A stretch of DNA of 64,000 nt from a virus (Duplodnaviria > Caudoviricetes). This document shows positions 27,581 to 36,705 of the stretch, piece by piece (position 1 is the first letter of the stretch; each line of letters starts with the position of its first letter). Location of the stretch: IMG/VR virus record IMGVR_UViG_3300005077_000014, positions 1 through 64,000 of that record; one strand, 5' to 3'. A model generated the notes under the pieces. The model saw only the letters and a list, made by a program, of their open reading frames with translations, was not told where the DNA came from and searched no databases. The position numbers and the translations under genes are program-made.

Positions 27581-29644
27581 ATGAGCAATATTGACATTCT
27601 TATACCCCCAGGGACCACACAATCTGAGCCTGGTTCAAGCATGCCTTCTGCTACTGAAGAGGGCTCGATACCTGTTTACACCGGGGAAGCATGGGAAGCC
27701 GGAGTAGATAAAGATATAAAAGCGAAGAGCGTTGAGGCTTCTGACGCCGTTGTTTCTGGAGATCTTGTCAGCGGCGCTCAGATGGATGCCGAGGTGTTGG
27801 CTGGTTCTAATACAGAAACCGGGAACGCTTACGAGATTAACCCTGATGATGGCTTAATCTTTAACGACGCCGAAGTTACTCCTGCAATGCTCAAAAGTTT
27901 GATGGCGGGGATCTTTCATCCTACTCACTATACTGCAAGTAGCGTTTGGGCAGCAAAAACAGTTACTACAGCAGCAGACAGATACACACTTGAAGGGCCA
28001 GAGGGAGGAAATGTTCGTGTAGGGGACATGAACCTTTCATGGACAGAAGCCCCTTCTCTTGATCTTTCCGTTGCTGCAAATTGGGACACACAGACACCTA
28101 CAGATTATACGGTTGCTGCTGCTCGTGCTGGTATGAATGGCTATGTTTACGCTTGTCAACCAGCGAGCGGGAATACCCCTGTCTGGAAGGTATCTGCTAA
28201 TTCTACAGTGCCAGACGGTTACACTGCTGATACAAGCAGAAAAGTCGCAGGATGGCATTGTGAATGTTGCGATATCGGGACTATAGCGAGTCATCCACTC
28301 ACAGGATATCTAGCTGGCGACATCATTCCTACCTCTGTTTGGGATCTGACTTTCAGGGCAGATGGGCAGCAAGAAGGCATGGCTTATGTTGCGCCAAAAC
28401 GCAGATGGGTAGCTATTTATCCTCCGTCTGGCACTGGCGCAAATACTGCGAGTGCATATAACGCGGTGATTTCAGATACACGGTCATGGCTTGACTTTAA
28501 TGATGATTTCTCAGCGATTAAATGCCAGATGTTGAGAGATCATGAGTTTCAAGAAGCCGCTGAAGGATCGAATCAGCAGACAAATATCTATGGTTCCCAA
28601 GATCCCGTCCGCACAGGCATGATCGGAACACTGCTTTTCACCGGCGCGGGCCTGAACGACATGGCTGTATCGGCGGCTGGCCTCACCGCTAATAATGTTG
28701 AAATTGAGATTGAGATTGATGCCGAAGGAACGCCTGATACCTTTAAGTGGAGATCTAAAGTCTTCGGGGGCTCTTTCGGGGGTTACACCACAGGCGTTGC
28801 GATCACAGGTTCCGCTCAGACAATCGTGAATGGGGTGACAGTTACATTCACCGCCACCACAGGCCACACAGCTACGAATAAATGGAATGTCTATGCGATG
28901 AAAGCTGGCTACGACACAGCAGCGCGCAGGATGGTCAGCAATTACGGCCACGAGATGATGTGTGGAGTGATGTGGCAGTGGTTGGATGAACAATCTTATC
29001 GTTTTGATGGAGCGGCGAACCATACGCATCAAATTGTTGTAAGCGGAGAACCCGAAACAGTGACCAGCGGCAACCCAAGCGGAGATGTTGGCCCAGGGTG
29101 GTCTTGGCACGCAGTAGGAAGTAATAAAGGAGCAATAAATAAACAAGGAACTTATGGAGATGTTAAGCAATCAGCGGGTGGTATTTACAGTTATGGGTCA
29201 CTTTGTGGATCGCGATCTCGTGATGAGAGTTTTTATCGCTGGATTACAAACGCAATCGGTTCCTCCCGCGCCTGTTCGCCCCCTAGAATTGTGGCACAGA
29301 TGTCTGGTGGTGGAAGTGCTGCACCATCAGCGGCGCAGATTGTGACACTTGAAGACTCCGCAAATATTACTCCGAATCTCTCAGCAGGGACGAACTTTCA
29401 GGTGACGCTCGGTGGCAATAGGGCATTAGCAGCGCCTATCAATGCAACCGTAGGTCAGTCAGGTTTCATCAGAATAATTCAGGATGGTACGGGAAGCAGA
29501 TCGCTATCCTTTGATTCAGTCTACAAATTTACGGCTGGAGTTGATCCTGAGCTTACGACTACGGCCAGCGCAGTTGATTCGCTCAAATACATCGTGCATT
29601 CATCGACGTTTATTGAGTGTTCGTTAAGCACGAATCTGGCATAG
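27581..29644 (+). CDS. Mtd-like receptor-binding protein with C-type-lectin (DGR-target type) domain
   Basis: RKVAGWHCEC, IIPTSVWDL, QQTNIYGSQDP, RRMVSNYGHEMMCGVMWQW, AGGIYSYGSLCGSRSR...YRW...RAC. Confidence 0.8.
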   Translation: MSNIDILIPPGTTQSEPGSSMPSATEEGSIPVYTGEAWEAGVDKDIKAKSVEASDAVVSGDLVSGAQMDAEVLAGSNTETGNAYEINPDDGLIFNDAEVTPAMLKSLMAGIFHPTHYTASSVWAAKTVTTAADRYTLEGPEGGNVRVGDMNLSWTEAPSLDLSVAANWDTQTPTDYTVAAARAGMNGYVYACQPASGNTPVWKVSANSTVPDGYTADTSRKVAGWHCECCDIGTIASHPLTGYLAGDIIPTSVWDLTFRADGQQEGMAYVAPKRRWVAIYPPSGTGANTASAYNAVISDTRSWLDFNDDFSAIKCQMLRDHEFQEAAEGSNQQTNIYGSQDPVRTGMIGTLLFTGAGLNDMAVSAAGLTANNVEIEIEIDAEGTPDTFKWRSKVFGGSFGGYTTGVAITGSAQTIVNGVTVTFTATTGHTATNKWNVYAMKAGYDTAARRMVSNYGHEMMCGVMWQWLDEQSYRFDGAANHTHQIVVSGEPETVTSGNPSGDVGPGWSWHAVGSNKGAINKQGTYGDVKQSAGGIYSYGSLCGSRSRDESFYRWITNAIGSSRACSPPRIVAQMSGGGSAAPSAAQIVTLEDSANITPNLSAGTNFQVTLGGNRALAAPINATVGQSGFIRIIQDGTGSRSLSFDSVYKFTAGVDPELTTTASAVDSLKYIVHSSTFIECSLSTNLA

Positions 29645-29653
29645 GAGGGGATC

Positions 29654-30373
29654 ATGGCGATTATACTACATGAACCATTTTCTCCTTTAATGATTCCTGG
29701 CTGCGCTCTGTGGCTTGAAGCAGACCGGGAAGTAGATACGGTCGATGGAAAAGTGAGTCTATGGAAAGACCAGAGTGGCAACGGGAGACATGCAAGTCAG
29801 AGTGAAGCTGCGAAGAGGCCACCTTATAATGTTACTCAAATAAATTCAAGGCCCACGCTAGAACACGTAGACGGAACGGCCCAATATCTATCAAACGCAA
29901 GTATTTCCGGTCTTGATGCGTTGACAAAATGTTCCCTTTTCTTTGTGGGTCAGTTCAGACAATTCAACGATGAAAGACATACTTTATGGATAACATCCTA
30001 CGCTATGTCATTAGGAACTTTTTCTGCTGCTGGTCAGAGTAAACTGTTTATACCGTCTAGCAGCAGTTCTTGGTTGGCGTGGGACTATACAAGCACGGCC
30101 CCTATGGTTCTTATTGCGGTTTATGACGGATCTCTTAGCGCAAACAACCGTATGAAAGTCTGGATAAATGGTGCTGCAATTTCTGGGGCAATAAATAGTA
30201 CGATACCGACAAGTCTCCCCAATATAACTAATATGACGATATTACCTACATACACAAACGCATCCCAAGTTATTGCTACGCTTGGGCTTCACACAGTAGC
30301 TTACTCTGACTCAGAACGTCAACGCCTACAGTATTCTTACTCCCACAAATACGGCATCGCATTGGCGGCATAG
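29654..30373 (+). CDS. ConA/LamG-like fibre domain protein
   Basis: ALWLEAD...VSLWKDQSGNGRHASQ...RPPY...INSRPTL; ends RQRLQYSYSHKYGI. Confidence 0.65.
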   Translation: MAIILHEPFSPLMIPGCALWLEADREVDTVDGKVSLWKDQSGNGRHASQSEAAKRPPYNVTQINSRPTLEHVDGTAQYLSNASISGLDALTKCSLFFVGQFRQFNDERHTLWITSYAMSLGTFSAAGQSKLFIPSSSSSWLAWDYTSTAPMVLIAVYDGSLSANNRMKVWINGAAISGAINSTIPTSLPNITNMTILPTYTNASQVIATLGLHTVAYSDSERQRLQYSYSHKYGIALAA

Positions 30374-30383
30374 GAGATATATA

Positions 30384-30833
30384 ATGAGAGGATTTCCGAA
30401 ATTCCTGAATACGAAAGCAGATTACGACAATATACAAGCCCTGTTCCCAAACGACCCCAAAACCGAGGCAGCTTTCAAAGGCTTGCTAGATACGCAGTAT
30501 TATTGGGAGCAGACACCGCACAAGATCGAACCTTCCAAAGCTTCTGAACTCGCAGAATTGGTCGATCCCATCCCCTCCCTGGAGATCAGGGAAGTCGCAA
30601 CAGACAAACCAGACACCACAGAGAAGTATCTGTTTGAGAGATTTGAAGATGAAAACTGCAAGTTGAAAGCTCTTGGATTCAAGATTGAAGATGTGGCTGC
30701 GCTTGCCAAGTGTGAAGTCGAAAAAGTCGATTCCAAAACAATTGACGCTGCAAAAGCAATCAAAACTGCGGTTGTGGATATTGCAGCGGGTAAAGAAGTA
30801 GATTTGAAGTCAATTGGAGTAATTAAGAAATAG
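30384..30833 (+). CDS. Hypothetical protein (MRGFPKxLNTK family)
   Basis: 149 aa, RBS AGGAG; N-terminus resembles small genes I recall next to Mtd-like genes (unverified). Confidence 0.55.
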   Translation: MRGFPKFLNTKADYDNIQALFPNDPKTEAAFKGLLDTQYYWEQTPHKIEPSKASELAELVDPIPSLEIREVATDKPDTTEKYLFERFEDENCKLKALGFKIEDVAALAKCEVEKVDSKTIDAAKAIKTAVVDIAAGKEVDLKSIGVIKK

Positions 30834-30866
30834 AGGTCTGGCGACTGAAAAAGGTGGAGTCTAGGC

Positions 30867-31445
30867 ATGGCGAATTTAAGCGTTCACACAAGATACGACA
30901 CATTAGCCGCGATGAAAGCGGCAACTGGTTCAGAAGAGACGCATGTATATTGCGTTGAAACTGACCAGTGGTATCGCTATGAAGCAGATGGAGGAGCATA
31001 TACTCCTGACGATCTCTCGATATGCATCACGGGAAATGCTGGTAATACTCGCTGGCTTGCTGCTGGTTCTAGGGTCTCGAATTCTGCAATCAGAAAAACA
31101 TTCACGCAAGCAGATCACGGCTTTGCTGTTGGGGATGTTCTCAAGAGGACTTCCGGATCTTTTGCTAAAGCGCAAGCGGATTCGGCAGATAACGCAGAGG
31201 TCTACGGTATAGTTTCCTCTGTTCCGGATACGTCTACAATCGTGATAACTTTGTTTGGCCATGTCAGCGGATTAACAGGACTCACTGATGGGACTGTTTA
31301 TTTTCTTTCTGATGCTACTGCCGGAGCGTTGACGGATACAGATCCTCATACTGCTACTCCAACATCTGTATCTAAGCCGTTATTGATTGCAGACTCAACG
31401 ACATCAGGTCTGTTCTGTAATATGCGCGGGTTGCTTTCTTCGTAG
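30867..31445 (+). CDS. Putative virion/fibre protein
   Basis: HGFAVGDVL...AKAQAD...VYGIV...LTDGTVYFLSDATAGALT. Confidence 0.55.
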   Translation: MANLSVHTRYDTLAAMKAATGSEETHVYCVETDQWYRYEADGGAYTPDDLSICITGNAGNTRWLAAGSRVSNSAIRKTFTQADHGFAVGDVLKRTSGSFAKAQADSADNAEVYGIVSSVPDTSTIVITLFGHVSGLTGLTDGTVYFLSDATAGALTDTDPHTATPTSVSKPLLIADSTTSGLFCNMRGLLSS

Positions 31446-31454
31446 GAGATAATC

Positions 31455-32219
31455 ATGGGAAGTTCTTTAGTTTTACCAAGCAGTAACGGAGGCGGCGGAG
31501 TTTCTGCCGGGGCTTTCGCAAGCAGACCGGCAGCAGGGAACGCCGGTAGTCTGTTTCTTCCTACGAACGGCCCAACTCCTGCATACGATACCGGAGCAGC
31601 ATGGAAAGCGAATTTGTGGGGTTTTGAATGTACGAAACCTCCGGTGTTGAGTGAACTTACTCAGCATGGTGGTGGGGCAGAAACTACTCTAGCAGGCTAC
31701 GGCGATGGAATCTCGTTTAAAGAGATGGGTATAGCTTCCACGGGCTTTGTAAACACTGCGATAGTCAAAGCACTCCCAGCAGGAAACTACACTGTGGAAA
31801 TTGGTGTAGAAGTTGCTTTCCTTATCCCCCTTAACTATCAACAGATTGGAATTTGCCTCACTGATGGAACCAAATTCGTAACCTTCATAATACAGTCCCA
31901 GACTACAGATAGAGGAGTAAACGTAGGATCTGCCAAGTGGAACACTATCGCATCCTATAGTGCTGGTTATACGATCACCCAATCTGAGATATTTCTGAGT
32001 AGGTTTGCGTTTTTCAAGATTTATTTTGACGGAGAAACGCTGCACTTCTCATATTCAAGAGACGGTGTTTTGTGGCAGGAATATCAGACTACTTCGGTGA
32101 CTGATTTCATTAATCCGGCACCTACGCACTACGGTTTTTGGTTCAGTCAGAGCGCAACTGCTATTGCTACCACGAGAATTGTAGTAGCAGGAAACGTCCT
32201 GCATTGGAAGGAGTCGTAA
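31455..32219 (+). CDS. Putative receptor-binding protein, paralogue A
   Basis: SRPAAGNAGSLFLPTNG...YSRDGVLW; homologous to the next gene. Confidence 0.6.
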   Translation: MGSSLVLPSSNGGGGVSAGAFASRPAAGNAGSLFLPTNGPTPAYDTGAAWKANLWGFECTKPPVLSELTQHGGGAETTLAGYGDGISFKEMGIASTGFVNTAIVKALPAGNYTVEIGVEVAFLIPLNYQQIGICLTDGTKFVTFIIQSQTTDRGVNVGSAKWNTIASYSAGYTITQSEIFLSRFAFFKIYFDGETLHFSYSRDGVLWQEYQTTSVTDFINPAPTHYGFWFSQSATAIATTRIVVAGNVLHWKES

Positions 32220-33002
32220 ATGGGTAGCTCCTTTTTAATTCCAGGCGGCAGCGGCAGCGAAGAGTCTTCTGTTTTGTCGGATCTTCAGGCAAGCAGACCA
32301 GAGGCATCTAACTCAGGAAAGTTGTTTCTACCTCAAAATGGATATCTACCAGCTTACGATGGCGGGGCATGGAATCCTTTGTTACCGGGATTTCAGTGTA
32401 GCAAACCAGGAGCAGCGGCGACGTTCAGTAAACTTAATGGCGGGGCTTCATCGACTCTCGTAGATCACGGTGATGGTCTGTTGATGTCTGAGGGTGGTTA
32501 TAATTCTACATCTGAGAGGGCCTGCATCTGGATAAAAGCTCTTCCGCAGACCAGCAACTACATCTGGACAGTAGGTTTTATAATAGATCACATCTTGCCC
32601 TTGTCTACTCAAAGGTTGGGGTTGACCCTCAATTATGGTTCGGGTCCGGGTCGTAATATATCGTTCATGTTGATCTCCACCTCTGGCGACAGAGCCTTAG
32701 ATCTCGTTTGCTATCGATACAACGATTCATTCTCTTACCACAGCGCATACACCATAAATCAGGCGGGAATCATACTGTCCCCGGAACATTTACTTTTCTT
32801 GAGGATCACTGATAACGGCACCAATAGAATATATTCCTACTCACTCGATGGTATCGTTTGGATAGATGCTGTGACGGTATCTAGGACAGACTGGACTGAG
32901 CCAGCGTATTTCGGACTCAGAACCGCTCAAGGTGGAACAGCGATAAACACAACAAGAATGGCTGTTCGCGCCAAGGTCATTCATTGGGGTTTTGAGGTTT
33001 AA
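32220..33002 (+). CDS. Putative receptor-binding protein, paralogue B
   Basis: SRPEASNSGKLFLPQNG...YSLDGIVW. Confidence 0.6.
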   Translation: MGSSFLIPGGSGSEESSVLSDLQASRPEASNSGKLFLPQNGYLPAYDGGAWNPLLPGFQCSKPGAAATFSKLNGGASSTLVDHGDGLLMSEGGYNSTSERACIWIKALPQTSNYIWTVGFIIDHILPLSTQRLGLTLNYGSGPGRNISFMLISTSGDRALDLVCYRYNDSFSYHSAYTINQAGIILSPEHLLFLRITDNGTNRIYSYSLDGIVWIDAVTVSRTDWTEPAYFGLRTAQGGTAINTTRMAVRAKVIHWGFEV

Positions 33003-33123
33003 TGGAGTTTCTATGCAATGGTTACCGGACACACACTCACTTGTAAAGGATCTCGGGTGGCCTCTTGCGGGAGAGCAATTGCTAATTTAGACCATCAAAA
33101 TTCATTAAAAAGGACCAATTAAT

Positions 33124-33495
33124 ATGGCCGGTCCATATCCAATTGACCCAAATGCGTCTCCGAACGATTCTTCTTTAGTCTCTCAGTTGTTGACTGAAGT
33201 CCGGGTGCTTGCGACTCGGGTTGAGATTGTTTTGGAGAATCAGGCTAAGTTTGAAAAAGCGCTGAATGCTTTTGATTGTTTCTGCCGTGACACCAGGATA
33301 AAGCACGAGGACAGAATTACGGCAGTGGAGACATGGAAGGCCACAAAGAATGGCGTTGAAGCTGAGCGGCAAAGGCAAAGCGAAACAGAGGCCATCAATA
33401 AACCACAGTGGCATCAGGCCGCTGGCATCTATTTGGCGATACCCATTGGCATAATTTCGTTGATTATCGCACTTATTTCCTATTTTAAGGGCTGA
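33124..33495 (+). CDS. Coiled-coil protein with C-terminal TM (holin/XhlA-like)
   Basis: C-terminal AAGIYLAIPIGIISLIIALISYF; start of the lysis region. Confidence 0.55.
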   Translation: MAGPYPIDPNASPNDSSLVSQLLTEVRVLATRVEIVLENQAKFEKALNAFDCFCRDTRIKHEDRITAVETWKATKNGVEAERQRQSETEAINKPQWHQAAGIYLAIPIGIISLIIALISYFKG

Positions 33496-33508
33496 AAGGA
33501 ATAATCCT

Positions 33509-33838
33509 ATGGCTTGGGATTCTGGCGAGAAGAAAATGACGGGCCGGTTGATTAAGGCCTCTGTTGTGGGCTGCATTGTTATTGTGGCGTTGACGTTCAT
33601 TAGCACACTTGCTTTCCCTGAGATTGACAATCTTGCAGCGCTCAGAAAGTTGTGTGTGGGCTCAATTATGGCGCTCGCTGGCGTCATTATTCTTGGGTGG
33701 GCCGTCAACTTCTTTGAATATATTACAGAGAAGAATTGGTTTCAAATCATCGAGGAGAAAGCGCCTTATGGCCCGGTCATCATTTACGGCATCATTTTGT
33801 ATATCATTGGCAATCTGCTGTCTGGTCGGCTGTTTTAG
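33509..33838 (+). CDS. Putative holin (3 TM)
   Basis: 109 aa, three hydrophobic segments, precedes the lysin. Confidence 0.6.
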   Translation: MAWDSGEKKMTGRLIKASVVGCIVIVALTFISTLAFPEIDNLAALRKLCVGSIMALAGVIILGWAVNFFEYITEKNWFQIIEEKAPYGPVIIYGIILYIIGNLLSGRLF

Positions 33839-34388
33839 TGGGCTTGTTCCGGTCAACACTGCTTTAGCTTTGCACCCACAATATGAAGCCGCGTTACACA
33901 CAGCACTGCTCGACATTTATTATGCGCACCCTGCATACATTAGCCCTTTACGAGTTAATAAAGATGGCACTGTTGGCGCAATGGTTGACGATGACGATGA
34001 GGTTGATTGCTCATTGTTGTTTGACCGGGCCGCTGAACAGGGTGGCATTCCAAAAAAGAAATTGCAGCGACGCTCCACGGCTTCTGGAATTTATAAGGGC
34101 GAAAACGATTGGCAAAGTAAAGCGATTGCCGACTATGGCAAAGACAATCGCAAATGCGACCTGATTTTTCAGCACATCCCGACAAGCAAGGGTGGACTAA
34201 AGAAAAAAGTAGATGCGAAAGACCCGTATGGCGTGAATCACATCCTCGGTGTGGTCGAATGGAAAGGTGCTTTTGCCATTATCCATGCAAGTTCAAGCGC
34301 TCGAAGCGTTGTCATTATTCCGTTCCAAGAGTGGATTGCAAAATACATGGTGCCAAACGGATATCGACGGCTGATTTATGGGGATTAA
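33768..34388 (+). CDS. NlpC/P60-like cell-wall peptidase (endolysin) with signal/lipoprotein peptide
   Basis: ATG 33768 after GAGGAG; catalytic-like VDCS, NHIL and IHASS; N-terminal hydrophobic stretch ending LVGC. Confidence 0.65.
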   Translation: MARSSFTASFCISLAICCLVGCFSGLVPVNTALALHPQYEAALHTALLDIYYAHPAYISPLRVNKDGTVGAMVDDDDEVDCSLLFDRAAEQGGIPKKKLQRRSTASGIYKGENDWQSKAIADYGKDNRKCDLIFQHIPTSKGGLKKKVDAKDPYGVNHILGVVEWKGAFAIIHASSSARSVVIIPFQEWIAKYMVPNGYRRLIYGD

Positions 34389-34457
34389 AGGCAACATGTT
34401 TTTTACGGCCACCCTTGAAAAATAGACAATCGCAAAATAAAGTATCACTTACACATC

Positions 34458-35366
34458 ATGAAACAACTCAACATACTTGTCCAGGCACATCTGAATTATT
34501 CCTATATGGACGCCACAATAGTCCAGGGATTGCGTAATCTCGGGCATTTCGTTTGTGGCGTTAACGATAATCAGGCAAATTATTTGATGCCATACGAAGA
34601 TAGGCAGTGGCATTTGTTCATTCAGTGTCTTTGTGGGGCTGGTCCATTACGAGACTCACGCTTCCCAAACGTTCCATCCATTATGGTCTATGGGCTTGAT
34701 AATCACGACAAGTTTTTTGCTGAATTGAGCCGTGGATTCGACCATATATTTCTGAGAGATTATCTCGGAGATTATGGCGATTATCACAACACCGTGCATC
34801 CCATGAATTTCGCCATTGAAGACAGGTATTACGCTCAAGCAGGGTTGAACAGCAAGCAACTTAAGCCATTGAAAGACAGGCCGATAGACATTTCGTTTCT
34901 TGGGAATCTGTATCCAAACAGAAAAAGAATTCTCGATAGGCTTGAGTCTGATTTCAAAAACAAAACGCTTGTCTTCGGTGGCCGACTGTTCAATGAGCCA
35001 GATGCCGTTTGGTCAAAACATACTCTGCCTTATTGCGCACATGATCCTAGATATTTCGATGTATTGGCGAACTCAAAAATATGCTTGTCTCTCGTGGGGG
35101 CTGGCCCAGATTGTGCGCGCCATTGGGAAGTCATGGCGTCTGGTGGAATACCGTTGATTGAATTAATGCCGACAAGAATGGTCGAGCCTACGCCGATGAC
35201 AATGTGGTTTGATGATTATGAAGAGTTGAAAGAGAATATCCAGACGTTGTTAATCAAACCAGGTGCATGTCAACCCTTCGTCATTGAATCTTTCGTCTTC
35301 AACAAAACAAATCACTCAACTGCTGCGCGAGCTCAATACGTGCTGGATACAATAGGGCTTGGATAG
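34458..35366 (+). CDS. Glycosyltransferase, GT-B (CgeB / Glyco_trans_1_2-like)
   Basis: DISFLGN, ANSKICLSLVGAGPDCARHWEVMASG. Confidence 0.75.
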   Translation: MKQLNILVQAHLNYSYMDATIVQGLRNLGHFVCGVNDNQANYLMPYEDRQWHLFIQCLCGAGPLRDSRFPNVPSIMVYGLDNHDKFFAELSRGFDHIFLRDYLGDYGDYHNTVHPMNFAIEDRYYAQAGLNSKQLKPLKDRPIDISFLGNLYPNRKRILDRLESDFKNKTLVFGGRLFNEPDAVWSKHTLPYCAHDPRYFDVLANSKICLSLVGAGPDCARHWEVMASGGIPLIELMPTRMVEPTPMTMWFDDYEELKENIQTLLIKPGACQPFVIESFVFNKTNHSTAARAQYVLDTIGLG

Positions 35367-36666
35367 AGAACAACCCGAGATAGACTCTATGAAAATAGCA
35401 ATCCTGACAAACTTTCGTTCATTCAACGACGCTTACAGCCTGACTCATGTAGTGCGTAATCAAGTCATTGCCATGTTGCGCTATGGTCATGACGTGACGT
35501 TGTTTGTGAGAGAGGATTGTGACACGTCCTGGAGTTTGGAAGCGCCGTATGCACAAGCTCTTGAAGACTCGTTTGTGATTCGTAATGTTATACCCAAGTT
35601 CGACCCCAAGCCTTATGTGACGCAGACCGACTTGTCAGAAGAGCATCAAAAATTTGCTGAGTCCTTGTCAGAATTGCTTTTGGCAACGCTCTCTGAATTT
35701 GATGTGATATTCACCCATGATTGGATTCTCACGAGTCCAAACATGCCACTAGCTGAAGCGCTAAGGCTTTACTCACAAGACGCTATTAGACGCCCTTGTC
35801 TCCACTGGATACACTCTATCCCGGTCATACCGTTTGACTGGTGGGACATTAAGCGTTATGGCCCGAACCATAAAGTCATCTATCCGAATAGGACAGACAG
35901 AGACAAAGTGTCTGTGCTTTTTGGTGGAGATAACAGCGATGTCCGGGTAATTCCCCACATTATCGACTTGCGAACACATTTTGATTTCTTGCCTGAAACA
36001 TGGGCGATTGTCGATTCACTGCCAGCGTTGAATACAGCATCATTCGTTCAAATCTATCCCGCCGCGGCTGAAAGACTATCTGACAAAGGCGTCAAGCAGC
36101 TTCTTTACACGTTCAAATCAATCAAAAAGAAGGGCTTCTCTGTATGTTGCTTAATTGTGGATTCTTGGGCTGGTTGGGGCTCCCGCGAGGATTCGGACCA
36201 ATATATGAGAATTGCGGAACGCAATGGACTGAGCGAGCAAGAGTTTTCATTCATGAGCCGTATAGCTCCACTCTTCACGAATGCCACCCCCCGTAGGGTT
36301 GTGAGAGAGTTGATGCAGTATTCGTCTCTGTTCGCTTACCCGACACAGGGAGAAGCTTTTGGCTTGACCTTTCCCGAAGCGAGTCTGGCTGGAAATGCTC
36401 TCCCTGTGTTGAATCGTTCCCTTCCAATGATGGCTGAGATTGCTGGCAACAATGGGCTTGCATGTAACTTTGGCTCTGGCGAAAGGCCACTCAAACCAGC
36501 AAATGAACGTGAGCACTATAGCCTGATTGCTCGAATGATTGTGAGTAGAGCTCGCGAAGACACCACTTGGCAAGTGAGAAATCACATCAGGCAAAATTAC
36601 AATATGGATACGATTTATCGAGAACACTATGAGCCAGTGCTGAGTGAAAGTAGGTTGTGGAAGTGA
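35359..36666 (+). CDS. Glycosyltransferase family 4 (GT-B)
   Basis: MKIAIL, DVIFTHDW, YPTQGEAFGLTFPEA (E-x7-E); ATG 35389 is an alternative start. Confidence 0.85.
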   Translation: MDREQPEIDSMKIAILTNFRSFNDAYSLTHVVRNQVIAMLRYGHDVTLFVREDCDTSWSLEAPYAQALEDSFVIRNVIPKFDPKPYVTQTDLSEEHQKFAESLSELLLATLSEFDVIFTHDWILTSPNMPLAEALRLYSQDAIRRPCLHWIHSIPVIPFDWWDIKRYGPNHKVIYPNRTDRDKVSVLFGGDNSDVRVIPHIIDLRTHFDFLPETWAIVDSLPALNTASFVQIYPAAAERLSDKGVKQLLYTFKSIKKKGFSVCCLIVDSWAGWGSREDSDQYMRIAERNGLSEQEFSFMSRIAPLFTNATPRRVVRELMQYSSLFAYPTQGEAFGLTFPEASLAGNALPVLNRSLPMMAEIAGNNGLACNFGSGERPLKPANEREHYSLIARMIVSRAREDTTWQVRNHIRQNYNMDTIYREHYEPVLSESRLWK

Positions 36667-36705
36667 AGCAATAAGGTTGTGAAAGTGAAGGAATAAGGCA
36701 TCAAT

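Noticed and set aside
77-29170. Long opposite-strand or alternate-frame ORFs (e.g. 112-567, 2675-3223, 6155-6880, 13102-13668, 28511-29170)
   Set aside because: They overlap well-supported genes and look like antisense shadows with no motifs or RBS
27043-33123. Complete DGR (RT, Avd, template repeat)
   Set aside because: No YxDD reverse transcriptase and no second copy of the VR found by eye in the window
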